Shown: piece after piece, positions 10,460-19,572 of the stretch
Layout of the letters: each line of letters opens with the position of its first letter
Numbering within the stretch: position 1 is the stretch's first letter
NCBI RefSeq assembly: GCF_003553625.1
Contig: NZ_PWEV01000097.1
Length of the DNA stretch: 64,000 nt
Reading direction: 5' to 3' (one strand)
From: Halomonas sp.
GTDB taxonomy: Bacteria > Pseudomonadota > Gammaproteobacteria > Pseudomonadales > Halomonadaceae
Position numbers and translations under genes: made by a program
The notes under the pieces: generated by a model
What the model saw: only the letters and a program-made list of their open reading frames with translations
Told to the model about the DNA's origin: nothing
Database searches by the model: none

Positions 10460-10535
10460 GGGGCCTTAGCTCAGCTGGGAGAGCGCAACACTGGCAGTGT
10501 TGAGGTCAGCGGTTCGATCCCGCTAGGCTCCACCA
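10460..10535 (+). tRNA. tRNA-Ala(GGC)
   Basis: GGGGCCTTAGCTCAGCTGGGAGAGCG CAACA-CTGGCAG-TGTTG...GGTTCGATCC...CACCA. Confidence 0.96.
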
Positions 10536-10552
10536 AAAAAATTAGACGAATC

Positions 10553-10585
10553 AGCCGCTTGGCGCTCTGCGCCAGGCGGCTTTTT
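10553..10585 (+). terminator. Intrinsic terminator after tRNA-Ala
   Basis: AGCCGCTTGGCGC-TCT-GCGCCAGGCGGCT followed by a T run. Confidence 0.8.
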
Positions 10586-10610
10586 CGTTTGCGCGAAAAA
10601 CGCCCTGCGT

Positions 10611-10642
10611 AAAAGCCCCGCCGCGGCGATGCCGGGCGGGGC
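10611..10642 (-). terminator. Intrinsic terminator on the minus strand downstream of the 104-aa ORF
   Basis: GCCCCGCC...GGCGGGGC stem preceded on + by AAAA (U-tract on the minus strand). Confidence 0.7.
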
Positions 10643-10670
10643 CGTGGTCTCTGACCGCGTCAGGGTCTCG

Positions 10671-10722
10671 CTGGATAGTCCTTACGGCAAGTCCTTACGG
10701 AAAGTCCCGGTGGACAGTCCTG
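10671..10722. repeat. 4 x 13-bp imperfect tandem repeat with GG(A/C)NAGTCC core
   Basis: CTGGATAGTCCTT / ACGGCAAGTCCTT / ACGGAAAGTCCCG / GTGGACAGTCCTG. Confidence 0.85.
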
Positions 10723-10744
10723 CTTGCTGCAGGGCAGGGCGCTA

Positions 10745-11059
10745 TCAGGCGCAGTCGGCGGCGCCTTCACCGAACATGTCGAACAGTAGATCGCGACCGA
10801 GCGGGGTGAGCACCAGTCGGTTCTGTTCGTTCCAGGAGGCTGCCTCGCTGCTGATCAGGACCTTTTCACAGGTTTGCCATTCGCTGGAGACGCTCGAGAG
10901 GTTTGCCACGTCATGGCGGTCGAGTCCGCGATGGGGGATGGAGATGGTTTCCAGGACGTAGCCATGGTGGTAAAGCAGGGCCGCCATGTTGGAGAGGCAC
11001 TGTCGCAGGCTGCGCTGCATGCCGGCGAGAGGGGAAGCGTCGTTTATCGTGTGCCGCAT
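10745..11059 (-). CDS. Hypothetical protein (possible winged-helix-like C-terminus)
   Basis: 104-aa ORF with good RBS (GGAGTGAAAGGAT-ATG); ends ...RLVLTPLGRDLL. Confidence 0.7.
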   Translation of the reverse strand: MRHTINDASPLAGMQRSLRQCLSNMAALLYHHGYVLETISIPHRGLDRHDVANLSSVSSEWQTCEKVLISSEAASWNEQNRLVLTPLGRDLLFDMFGEGAADCA

Positions 11060-11181
11060 ATCCTTTCACTCCAGAAGTGTGCTGCGGCGCAGTATACTAC
11101 CAAAGTCTGTGTTATACAAAGGTCTTACATGAAATGCCGGGCAGGGTCCCTGGGGTGGAGCGCCACAGGGACCCGCCGCAA

Positions 11182-12102
11182 TCAGCCCTCGACTCGTCCG
11201 AGCAGCAGGAATTCGATGAGTGCCTTCTGGGCGTGCAGGCGGTTGCCCGCCTCCTGCCAGACCACGGCCCGCGGGTCGTCGAGCAGGGTCTCGCTGATCT
11301 CCTCGCCACGATGCGCGGGCAGGCAGTGCAGGAAGAGGGCGTCTGCCCGGGCACGGTCGAGCAGAGCCTCGGTCACCTGGAACCCGGTGAAGTCGGCCTC
11401 GCGGCTGGCCTGTTCCTCCTCCTGGCCCATGGAGGCCCACACGTCGGTGGTAATCAGGTCGGCGTCAGCTACCGCCTCGGCGGGATCGCGCAGGATGACT
11501 ACCCGGTCGCCGGCGGCCTCGAGAATATCCTGGCGCGGCTCATACCCCGCTGGGCAGCAGATGCGCAGCTGGAAGTCGAACTGGCGGGCGGCGTTGATCC
11601 ACGAGTGGCACATGTTGTTGCCGTCGCCGATCCACACCGCAGTGCGCCCGACAACGCTGCCGCGAAGTTCGGTCCAGGTCATCACGTCGGCGAGCAGCTG
11701 GCAGGGGTGGTAGTCGTCGGTCAGCGCGTTGATGACCGGCACCGAACTGGCAGCGGCGTACTCCTCCAGCCCGGGATGAGAGAAGGTGCGGATCATCACC
11801 GCGTCGACCATCTCCGAGAGCACACGGGCGGTGTCGCCGATGGGTTCCCCACGGCCGAGCTGTGTATCCCGGGGCGACAGGAACAGTGCATGGCCCCCGA
11901 AGTGCGCCATGGCGGTCTCGAAGGAGACCCGCGTGCGTGTCGAGGACTTCTCGAAGATCATCGCCAGGGTACGATTGCGCAAGGGAGTATAGAGCGGGCC
12001 CTGGACCTTCAGCGCGTTCTTGATGGTAATGGCGCGCTGGACGAGATAGCGCAGCTCGTCCTGGCTCAGGTCCAGCAGGGTCAGGAAGTGGCGGGTGGCC
12101 AT
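11182..12102 (-). CDS. argF: Ornithine carbamoyltransferase
   Basis: [32 protein letters not shown] motifs. Confidence 0.97.
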   Translation of the reverse strand: MATRHFLTLLDLSQDELRYLVQRAITIKNALKVQGPLYTPLRNRTLAMIFEKSSTRTRVSFETAMAHFGGHALFLSPRDTQLGRGEPIGDTARVLSEMVDAVMIRTFSHPGLEEYAAASSVPVINALTDDYHPCQLLADVMTWTELRGSVVGRTAVWIGDGNNMCHSWINAARQFDFQLRICCPAGYEPRQDILEAAGDRVVILRDPAEAVADADLITTDVWASMGQEEEQASREADFTGFQVTEALLDRARADALFLHCLPAHRGEEISETLLDDPRAVVWQEAGNRLHAQKALIEFLLLGRVEG

Positions 12103-12253
12103 TGGGCGTGCTCCACGAGAAAAAACGTCCATCCTAGCCAGGCGCCGGGGGATGCGCAACGCGCGCGGGATCAGTAGAATGGTCGGTCAAGACCTAGCGC
12201 CGAGCTCGGGTATTGGCCCGCACCGGCATTCGCGACATGAACAGGGAGACGCC

Positions 12254-12598
12254 ATGAGCACCACCCTCGAGAACATCCAGCGCCAGATCGGCGAGAACCC
12301 CATCCTGATCTACATGAAGGGCACGCCCCAGCTGCCTCAGTGTGGCTTCTCCGCCCAGACCGTCCAGGCGCTGATGGCCTGCGGTGAGAAGTTTGCCTTC
12401 GTCAATATCCTGGACAATCCGGACATTCGCGCCGAACTGCCCAAGGTGGCCAACTGGCCGACCTTCCCCCAGCTTTGGGTAGATGGCGAGCTGGTCGGCG
12501 GCTGCGATATCGTGGTCGAGATGCACCAGAACGGCGAGCTCGAGAAGCTGATCAAGGAGGCCGCCGCCAAGCACCAGGATGATCAGCCCGAGGCCTGA
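12254..12598 (+). CDS. grxD: Monothiol glutaredoxin Grx4
   Basis: YMKGTP..PQCGFS, WPTFPQL, GGCDI. Confidence 0.96.
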   Translation: MSTTLENIQRQIGENPILIYMKGTPQLPQCGFSAQTVQALMACGEKFAFVNILDNPDIRAELPKVANWPTFPQLWVDGELVGGCDIVVEMHQNGELEKLIKEAAAKHQDDQPEA

Positions 12599-12656
12599 TC
12601 GAGCCCGGCTCATCGCTGTCCACCACCGGTTGCCAGCGGTCCTGCAAGCGGCAAAG

Positions 12657-12691
12657 GAAACGCCCATCCGGTCGAATCGGATGGGCGTTTC
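12657..12691. terminator. Hairpin (probable bidirectional terminator) between convergent grxD and rnt
   Basis: GAAACGCCCATCCG-7 nt-CGGATGGGCGTTTC. Confidence 0.7.
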
Positions 12692-12728
12692 TGCCTTTCA
12701 GCGTGGCGACTGCAGGGGGCATCCTGGC

Positions 12729-13397
12729 CTAGGGCTGCTCGTCCATCCCCTGCTCGCGCTGGGCCTGGGACCAGCCGCCCAGGTCCTTGTAGCGGTTGAC
12801 CATGGCACAAAAGAGCTCGGCGGTGCGTTCGGTATCGTAGCGTGCCGAGTGGGCTTCACCGTTGTCGAAGGGAATGCCGGCGGCGCTGCAGGCCCTGGCC
12901 AGCACCGTCTGGCCGTACATCAGGCCAGCCAGTGAGGCGGTGTCGAAGCTGGAGAAGGGGTGAAAGGGGTTGCGTTTGATGCCGCAACGATTGACGGCGG
13001 CGTTCAGGAAACCGTGGTCGAAGGCGGCGTTGTGACCGACCAGCACGGCGCGGGTGCAGCCGTGGGCCTTGATCGCCTTGCGCACCGGCCGGAAGATCTC
13101 GCTCATCGCCTGGGCTTCGGAGAGCGCGACCTGCTGGCGAAGCGGGTCGTCGAGCCTGATGCCGGTGAAGTCCAGCGCCGATTGCTCCACCACGGCTCCC
13201 TCGAAGGGCCTCACGTGGAAGGCATAGGTGGAGTCGGGTACCAGGTTGCCCTGGGCATCCATGGTCAGGGTCACCGCGGCAATCTCCAGGATCGCATTGC
13301 GTTCGGCGTTGAAGCCGCCGGTCTCCACGTCTACCACGACCGGCAGGAAGCTGCGGAATCGCTGTGCCAGCAGGTCGCGGGCGATCGCCTCGCTCAT
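12729..13397 (-). CDS. rnt: Ribonuclease T
   Basis: [39 protein letters not shown]. Confidence 0.96.
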   Translation of the reverse strand: MSEAIARDLLAQRFRSFLPVVVDVETGGFNAERNAILEIAAVTLTMDAQGNLVPDSTYAFHVRPFEGAVVEQSALDFTGIRLDDPLRQQVALSEAQAMSEIFRPVRKAIKAHGCTRAVLVGHNAAFDHGFLNAAVNRCGIKRNPFHPFSSFDTASLAGLMYGQTVLARACSAAGIPFDNGEAHSARYDTERTAELFCAMVNRYKDLGGWSQAQREQGMDEQP

Positions 13398-13577
13398 TCA
13401 CCCTCTCCTTGCGTCTTGCAGTCTCGGTCTTCCCCGTTCTGATGGCCCCGGGGCGAATCCGCGCAAGTCTAGCAGGTTGACCTTCGGGCGTCCCGGGGCC
13501 GGTATTCGCCGTGCCCGTGGCGCGCTATACTGCATCTCCTGATGCCAACCCCCCTAGCTTTCATCGAGGAGCCCCGA

Positions 13578-14798
13578 ATGTCCGATGTCAAGAAGGTCGT
13601 GCTCGCCTACTCCGGTGGCCTGGACACCTCCGTTATCGTCAAGTGGTTGCAGGAGACCTACAACTGCGAGGTGGTGACCTTCACCGCCGACATCGGCCAG
13701 GGCGAGGAAGTCGAACCGGCACGTACCAAGGCCCAGGCCCTGGGCGTCAAGGAAATCTACATCGAGGATCTGCGCGAGGAGTTCGTGCGCGACTACGTCT
13801 ACCCGATGTTCCGCGCCAACACCGTTTACGAGGGCGAGTATCTGCTCGGCACCTCCATCGCGCGTCCGCTGATCGCCAGGCGCCTGATCGAGATCGCCAA
13901 CCAGACCGGCGCCGACGCCATTTCCCATGGGGCGACCGGCAAGGGTAATGATCAGGTTCGCTTCGAGCTGGGCGCTTACGCGTTGAAGCCGGGCGTCAAG
14001 GTGATCGCCCCGTGGCGCGAATGGGATCTGACCTCTCGTGAGAAGCTGATGGCCTACTGCGACGAGCACAGCATCCCGGTGGACTTCTCCTCCAAGAAGA
14101 AGAAGTCGCCCTACTCCATGGACGCCAACCTGCTGCATATCTCCTACGAGGGCGGCATCCTCGAGGATCCCTGGGCCGAGGCCGAGGAGGACATGTGGCG
14201 CTGGAGCGTCTCCCCGGAGACCGCCCCGGACCAGCCCACCTACGTCGAGCTGACCTATGCGAAGGGCGATATCGTCGCCATCGACGGCACGCCGATGCGG
14301 CCTCACGAGGTGCTCGAGACCCTCAACAAGCTGGGCGGCGACAACGGCATCGGGCGCCTCGACATCGTCGAGAACCGCTACGTGGGCATGAAGTCCCGCG
14401 GCTGCTACGAGACGCCCGGCGGCACCATCATGCTGCGCGCCCACCGCGCCATCGAGTCCCTCACCCTGGACCGCGAAGAGGCCCATCTCAAGGACGAGCT
14501 GATGCCCAAGTACGCCGAGGTGATCTACAACGGTTACTGGTGGAGCCCGGAGCGCCGCATGCTGCAGGCCGCCATCGACGAGACCCAGCACAATGTCTCG
14601 GGCGTGGTGCGCATGAAGCTCTACAAGGGCAATGCCATCGTGGTGGGCCGCAAGTCGGAGCAGTCGCTGTTCGACGAGTCCATCGCCACCTTCGAGGATG
14701 ACGCCGGCGCCTACGACCAGAAGGATGCCGAGGGCTTCATCAAGCTCAACGCCCTGCGCCTGCGCATCGCCGCCGGCAAGGGGCGCAAGCAGGACTGA
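13578..14798 (+). CDS. argG: Argininosuccinate synthase
   Basis: [42 protein letters not shown]. Confidence 0.97.
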   Translation: MSDVKKVVLAYSGGLDTSVIVKWLQETYNCEVVTFTADIGQGEEVEPARTKAQALGVKEIYIEDLREEFVRDYVYPMFRANTVYEGEYLLGTSIARPLIARRLIEIANQTGADAISHGATGKGNDQVRFELGAYALKPGVKVIAPWREWDLTSREKLMAYCDEHSIPVDFSSKKKKSPYSMDANLLHISYEGGILEDPWAEAEEDMWRWSVSPETAPDQPTYVELTYAKGDIVAIDGTPMRPHEVLETLNKLGGDNGIGRLDIVENRYVGMKSRGCYETPGGTIMLRAHRAIESLTLDREEAHLKDELMPKYAEVIYNGYWWSPERRMLQAAIDETQHNVSGVVRMKLYKGNAIVVGRKSEQSLFDESIATFEDDAGAYDQKDAEGFIKLNALRLRIAAGKGRKQD

Positions 14799-14820
14799 GT
14801 CCTGCCTGTGCAACCTGCAC

Positions 14821-14853
14821 GCGACGCCGGCTGATGCCGGCGTCGCCGTTTTA
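14821..14853 (+). terminator. Intrinsic terminator after argG
   Basis: GCGACGCCGGC-TGAT-GCCGGCGTCGC then CGTTTT. Confidence 0.7.
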
Positions 14854-14912
14854 ATCAGGGCTAATCAAGAGCGGCTGAAGAGAGGCTTCGTCGAAGACAA
14901 GGAGTCGACACA

Positions 14913-15227
14913 ATGTTCAAGAAACTGCTTTCCGGCCTGCTGGGTGGCGGCGACAGGCGTTCCGACGCTTCGGCGCCGGCCAATGCGCCCGCCGCCGAGC
15001 CGGTGGAGTACAAGGGCTATCGGATCATCTCCGAGCCCGCCGACCAGAACGGCCAGTATCGGGTGAGTGGCTGGATCCGCCGGGACGGGACCGACGGCGA
15101 ACGGCAGGAGCACCGCTTCGAGCGCTCCGACATGGTGTCCGGCCGCGAGGCCTGCGACCAGCTGATGGTGAGCAAGGCCCAGCGCTTCATCGACGAGGTG
15201 GGCGAGGAGATGTTCCGACCCCGCTAG
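14913..15227 (+). CDS. HlyU-family small protein
   Basis: MFKKLL..., PVEYKGYRI..P...GQYRVSGWI...H.FERSD...KAQRFIDE.GE.MF pattern. Confidence 0.75.
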   Translation: MFKKLLSGLLGGGDRRSDASAPANAPAAEPVEYKGYRIISEPADQNGQYRVSGWIRRDGTDGERQEHRFERSDMVSGREACDQLMVSKAQRFIDEVGEEMFRPR

Positions 15228-15458
15228 GTTCGGGTGCTTCGCCAGCTCGTGCAGTTCTCGGTGGAAGCCCAACGCTTGATGAGGGGGTTGGGCCTTCCCG
15301 AGATGGCTCGTTTCGACGAATGGTGGCCGGGACTCCCGGCCGGCCTGGGGCAAGACAAGCATGCCGCCGGGCGGCTGCGGCGCCATGCCCCTTTCGCCCA
15401 AGTGTTTCCGGCCGGGTCCGCCGCTACACTGGGTCGGTTACCGTTGCCCGGAGCTGCC

Positions 15459-16586
15459 ATGCGCCTGCTTCACCGAGCCTCCCCGTGGCGTTCCCTGTTC
15501 GCCGATAGCGAGTTTCCTGATCCCTCGCGGCTGCCGCCACTGCTTGCCCCGCTGCGCGACGCCCTGACCGAACTGGGGCCGGCGCCGACCCTTTCCGACG
15601 CCCACGCCTGGCAGCCTCGCCTGGTGGCGGCATTGATGCGCCTTGACCTTCCCGCCTGGCGCATCAGCCAGCTGATCAGCGATCACAACGACTGGCTCTA
15701 TCACCGTGCTATCCAGCTTGCCCAGAGCGAGATGGAGGGACAGGGCTGGGGCCCGCCTCCCGTCGCCTTCTGCGTGTTGATCATGGGGTCGGGGGCCCGC
15801 CAGGAGAGCCTGCTGGCGCCGGACCAGGACAACGGCATGATCATCGCCGACTACCCGGACAGCCGGCACACCGAGATCGACGGCTACTTTCAGTCGCTGG
15901 GCGAACGCTTCACCGACCGGCTGGACCGGGCCGGCATCCCCCTGTGCAGCGGCCATGTGATGGCGCGCTGGCCGATGTGGCGCAAGCGGATATCCGAGTG
16001 GGGAGAACAGCTGGCCATCTGGACCGCCGAGCGACGAACCAAGCGCGTTCAGCAGGCCAATATCCTGCTCGACTTCCGTCCGGTCTACGGTGAAGTGGCC
16101 CTGGCAGAGGCCCTGGCCGACCGGGTGGCCAGGCTGCTGCCCAAGGCGGGGTTGTTCCTGGATGAGATGGGGGTGCTGCTCGATGAGCTGCCGGTGGCCC
16201 TGGACCGCTTCGGTCGTCTGTCGGGCTCACTCGAGGGAGTGCCCCACGAGCACGCCATCAACCTCAAGCGGCAGGGGCTGCTGCCCTTGGTGGCCGCCGC
16301 TCGGCTGCTCTCCCTGCGCCATGGTGTGCGTGTGATCGACACCCGGGAGCGGTTGGCGGCCCTGGTCGTCAAGGAGGTACTGCCCGAGGCGCGCTGCCGA
16401 GCCTTGACCGCCGCCCTGGAGAGGCTGCAGGGGCTGCTGCTGGAGGAGCAGTGCCGTGTCCTCGGCACGGGGCATGGCGCCGACAGCTGGGTAGACGTGT
16501 CGCGGCTGGGCGAAGACCAGCGCATGCTGCTGCGCCTGGATCTTCAGCAGATCCGTCGCTTCAGGCGGCGGGCGAAGCGGGGTTAG
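15459..16586 (+). CDS. DUF294 / DUF294_C GlnD-like putative nucleotidyltransferase
   Basis: GSGARQES...DQDNG NTase motif, GIPLC.G.VMA, DFRPVYG, INLK..GL.PLV..AR..L, T.ERL; no cNMP/CBS domains seen. Confidence 0.85.
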   Translation: MRLLHRASPWRSLFADSEFPDPSRLPPLLAPLRDALTELGPAPTLSDAHAWQPRLVAALMRLDLPAWRISQLISDHNDWLYHRAIQLAQSEMEGQGWGPPPVAFCVLIMGSGARQESLLAPDQDNGMIIADYPDSRHTEIDGYFQSLGERFTDRLDRAGIPLCSGHVMARWPMWRKRISEWGEQLAIWTAERRTKRVQQANILLDFRPVYGEVALAEALADRVARLLPKAGLFLDEMGVLLDELPVALDRFGRLSGSLEGVPHEHAINLKRQGLLPLVAAARLLSLRHGVRVIDTRERLAALVVKEVLPEARCRALTAALERLQGLLLEEQCRVLGTGHGADSWVDVSRLGEDQRMLLRLDLQQIRRFRRRAKRG

Positions 16587-19333
16587 GATTCCGGCGCCTC
16601 CGGCAACTCCATGGTCAGGCAGGCGCCGCCGAGGGCGGGGGCATCCTCCACCCAGAGTCGCCCGCCCAGGTGAGCGACAATGCCGCGGCTGATGGGCAGC
16701 CCCAGGCCGCTGCCCCGGGGACGCCCGCGAATCTTCTCGGGGGTCTCGCCGGGGCGCTGGATCTGGTGGAACTTCTCGAACACGCGCTCGCGCTCTTCTT
16801 CGACGATCCCCGGGCCGTTGTCCTCCACCGCCAGACGGTAGTGGTTCTTGTAGCGTCCCAGTCGCAGCAGCACCTTCGGGCTGGTCTCGTCGGCGAACTT
16901 GCCGGCGTTGTCGAGCAGGTTGATGATCACCTGCTCCAGGCGATCCGGGTCGCCCACCACCGGCGCCTGCTCGACCTCGATCTGCACCTCCAGTGCCACG
17001 CCGCGATTCTCCTGCATGTGATGGACGGCATCGACGCTGTGGCGGGTCAGCTCCACCAGGTCCAGGTGCTGGGGGTTGAGCGTGAGCCGACCGCTCTCCA
17101 GGCGGGCCAGGTCGAGGATCTCCTCGATCAGCCGTGAGAGGCGCTGGCTCTCCTTGACCACCACGTTGAGAAAATGCACCCGCTTCTCGTCGGGCAGGTC
17201 GTCGCTGTCGCGCAGGATCTCGGCGAAGGCGCGGATCGAGGTGAGCGGGGTTCTCAGCTCGTGGCTGACCATGGCCACGAACTCATCCTTGAGGCGGTCG
17301 AGCTCCCGCAGCCGTTCGTTGGCGGCGCGAAGCTCTTCGCTGGCGCGGGCCAATTCCTCGGACTTCTGCTCCAGGCGACGGTTGACCTCCAGGGTCTCCG
17401 AGGTGGTGTCGAGGATACTGAGGATCGACTCGAGGTCCAGCGCCTCGCCGCGCACCACGGAGTTGATCAGCACGCGCGCCGAAGCGTTGCCCAGCGCCCC
17501 GGAGAGCGCCTGCTCGGCCCGGGCGATCATCTCCGGCGGGGCGGGCTGGTCGTTGCCGTATCCGTTGCCCACCTGGCTGTCGCCCTGCCCGGCGAAGACG
17601 CGGGCGGTAGCCCCCGTGCCCAGATAGCGGTCGAGGAGGTTGCGCAGCTCGCCACGGGTGGTCTGGCCGTGCCAGAGCGAGGTCTCCATCAGGCCGGGGT
17701 GCATGGCCTCGGTGAACAGCGCCGCCTGGGTCTGCTCCAGCGGGCTCTGGCGGGTAAACAGCGAAATCCCCACCAGCAGGCCGACGTTGGCGGTCAGGCT
17801 CCACAGCAGCGAGTGAGAGTAGATGTCCCAGTCTTCCAGGCCGAACAGGGCGTAGGGCCTCAGCCACTCCAGGCCGAAGGGGCCCAGCGTCAGGAAGGTG
17901 TCATCCACCCAGCCGGACTGGGCGAAGCCCGGGATGAGCAGGGTCCAGGCCCAGATCAGGGTGCCGGCGATGAGGCCCAGGGCAGCGCCGCGACGGGTGG
18001 CGCCTCGCCAGTACATGCCGATCAGCATGGCCGGAGCAAACTGGCTGGCGGCGGCAAAGGAGACCAGGCCGATGGTCACCAGGCTGTAGGAGTCGCCGAT
18101 CAGGGCATGGTAGAGGTAACCCAGCAGCAGTATCAGCACGATGGCCACGCGGCGAATGCCCAGCAGCCATCCGGCCAGCTCCCCGCGGCTGCCCAGATGC
18201 AGGCGCCGTGAGCGCAGCAGCAGCGGCATGATCAGCTGGTTGCTGACCATGGTGGAGAGCGCGATGGTCTCGACGATCACCATGCTGGTGGCCGCCGAGA
18301 GCCCGCCGATGAACACCAGCAGCGGCAGCGCCTCGAGTCCGGCCGACAGCGGCAGGGTCAGCACATAGCTGTCCGGGTCGCCGGCTGAGAGCAGCATGCC
18401 GGCCATGGCGATGGGAATCACGAACAGGTTGATGGCCAGCAGGTAGAGCGGAAAGAGCCAGCTGGCCCGTTTCAGGTGACGCTCATCGACGTTCTCCACC
18501 ACCAGCACCTGGAACTGGCGGGGGAGGGTGATGAAGGCCAGGAAGGCCAGCACCAGCATGCCGATCCAGCCGCTGGCGCCGCCCGGCACGGCATCCAGGC
18601 CCAGGGACCCCACCAGTTCGGGGCTGGCTGCCACCTGGGCGAACAGATCCCCGGGTCCGTGGAACATCACGAACACCACGAAGATCCCCACCGAGATAAA
18701 GGCCACCAGCTTGATCATCGACTCGAAGGCGATGGCCGCCACCATGCCCTCGTGGCGCTCGCTGGCATCCAGGTGGCGGGTGCCGAAGAGGATGATGAAT
18801 ACCGCCAGCACCAGCGCCACCCAGAACGACTTGTCGACCCAGAAGGCCTCATCGGCGAGGCTCAGCTCCGGGGCATGGGGGTAGTTGACCAGCACCGCAT
18901 GGCTCACGGTGATCGCCTTGAGCTGCAGGGTGATGTAGGGGGTGATGCCGATCAGCGCGATCAGCGCCACCAGGGCGCCCAGGCTCGAGCTCTTGCCGTA
19001 GCGGGCGCTGATGAAGTCGGCGATCGAGGTGATGCGCTGGACGCTGGCGATACGCACCATCTTGCGAATGAGGAAGGGCGACAGCAGCATGGCCAGCGTC
19101 GGACCGAGGTAGATCAGCAGGAAGCTGGGACCGTGCTCTGCGGCGCGACCCACGCTGCCGTAGAAGGTCCAGGCGGTGCAGTAGACGGCGATGGAGAGCG
19201 CATAGACGGTCGGCGAGCCGATCAGCGAGCGCCCCTGTTCGGCGCGGCGGTCACCCCAGGCCGCGATCACGAAGAGCAGCGCCAGGTAGCCGAAGGCGAC
19301 GCTCAGGACGACCGCATCGGTTCTCAACGCCAC
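16583..19333 (-). CDS. SLC5/SSS transporter-fused sensor histidine kinase (CbrA/CrbS-like, with STAC-like segment)
   Basis: YALSIAVYCTAWTFYGSVG SSS start, many TMs, AEQALSGALGNASARVLI, H-box VSHELRTPLTSI, NLLDNAGKF, DNGPGI, GSGLGL. Confidence 0.9.
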   Translation of the reverse strand: MALRTDAVVLSVAFGYLALLFVIAAWGDRRAEQGRSLIGSPTVYALSIAVYCTAWTFYGSVGRAAEHGPSFLLIYLGPTLAMLLSPFLIRKMVRIASVQRITSIADFISARYGKSSSLGALVALIALIGITPYITLQLKAITVSHAVLVNYPHAPELSLADEAFWVDKSFWVALVLAVFIILFGTRHLDASERHEGMVAAIAFESMIKLVAFISVGIFVVFVMFHGPGDLFAQVAASPELVGSLGLDAVPGGASGWIGMLVLAFLAFITLPRQFQVLVVENVDERHLKRASWLFPLYLLAINLFVIPIAMAGMLLSAGDPDSYVLTLPLSAGLEALPLLVFIGGLSAATSMVIVETIALSTMVSNQLIMPLLLRSRRLHLGSRGELAGWLLGIRRVAIVLILLLGYLYHALIGDSYSLVTIGLVSFAAASQFAPAMLIGMYWRGATRRGAALGLIAGTLIWAWTLLIPGFAQSGWVDDTFLTLGPFGLEWLRPYALFGLEDWDIYSHSLLWSLTANVGLLVGISLFTRQSPLEQTQAALFTEAMHPGLMETSLWHGQTTRGELRNLLDRYLGTGATARVFAGQGDSQVGNGYGNDQPAPPEMIARAEQALSGALGNASARVLINSVVRGEALDLESILSILDTTSETLEVNRRLEQKSEELARASEELRAANERLRELDRLKDEFVAMVSHELRTPLTSIRAFAEILRDSDDLPDEKRVHFLNVVVKESQRLSRLIEEILDLARLESGRLTLNPQHLDLVELTRHSVDAVHHMQENRGVALEVQIEVEQAPVVGDPDRLEQVIINLLDNAGKFADETSPKVLLRLGRYKNHYRLAVEDNGPGIVEEERERVFEKFHQIQRPGETPEKIRGRPRGSGLGLPISRGIVAHLGGRLWVEDAPALGGACLTMELPEAPES

Positions 19334-19346
19334 GCCTCCGTCATGC

Positions 19347-19541
19347 TCACTCCCCCGGCCGCTGCTCGAGCAGCCAGGCGGCCAGGGCGATCACCGTTCC
19401 CCATGCCACGAACAGATAGAGCGGCAGCCATGAGAGACCGTCGGCCGGGCGGTCGAACACCTGCACCAGCGGCGGTGTGAACAGCAGGGTGGCCAGCAGC
19501 ACCAGAGCCACCAGCCTCTCGCCGAGACGCGGGATCTTCAT
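19347..19541 (-). CDS. Small 2-TM protein, probable SSS partner subunit
   Basis: MKIPRLGERLVALVLLATLLFTPP...LPLYLFVAWGTVIALAAWLLE, directly upstream of the SLC5-kinase. Confidence 0.75.
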   Translation of the reverse strand: MKIPRLGERLVALVLLATLLFTPPLVQVFDRPADGLSWLPLYLFVAWGTVIALAAWLLEQRPGE

Positions 19542-19572
19542 GCCGGCACCCGCCGGTTCCAGGGGGAAAGGC

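Noticed and set aside
6727-10560. Genomic island or prophage integrated at a tRNA
   Set aside because: No integrase and no duplicated tRNA 3' end seen next to these tRNAs or the 62-kb cluster
10671-10722. Tandem array as a CRISPR
   Set aside because: Units are 13 bp with no spacers, and no cas genes are present
11112-11129. Full GacA box (TGTAAG-N6-CTTACA)
   Set aside because: Only one half-site matches; the other has 2 of 6 positions
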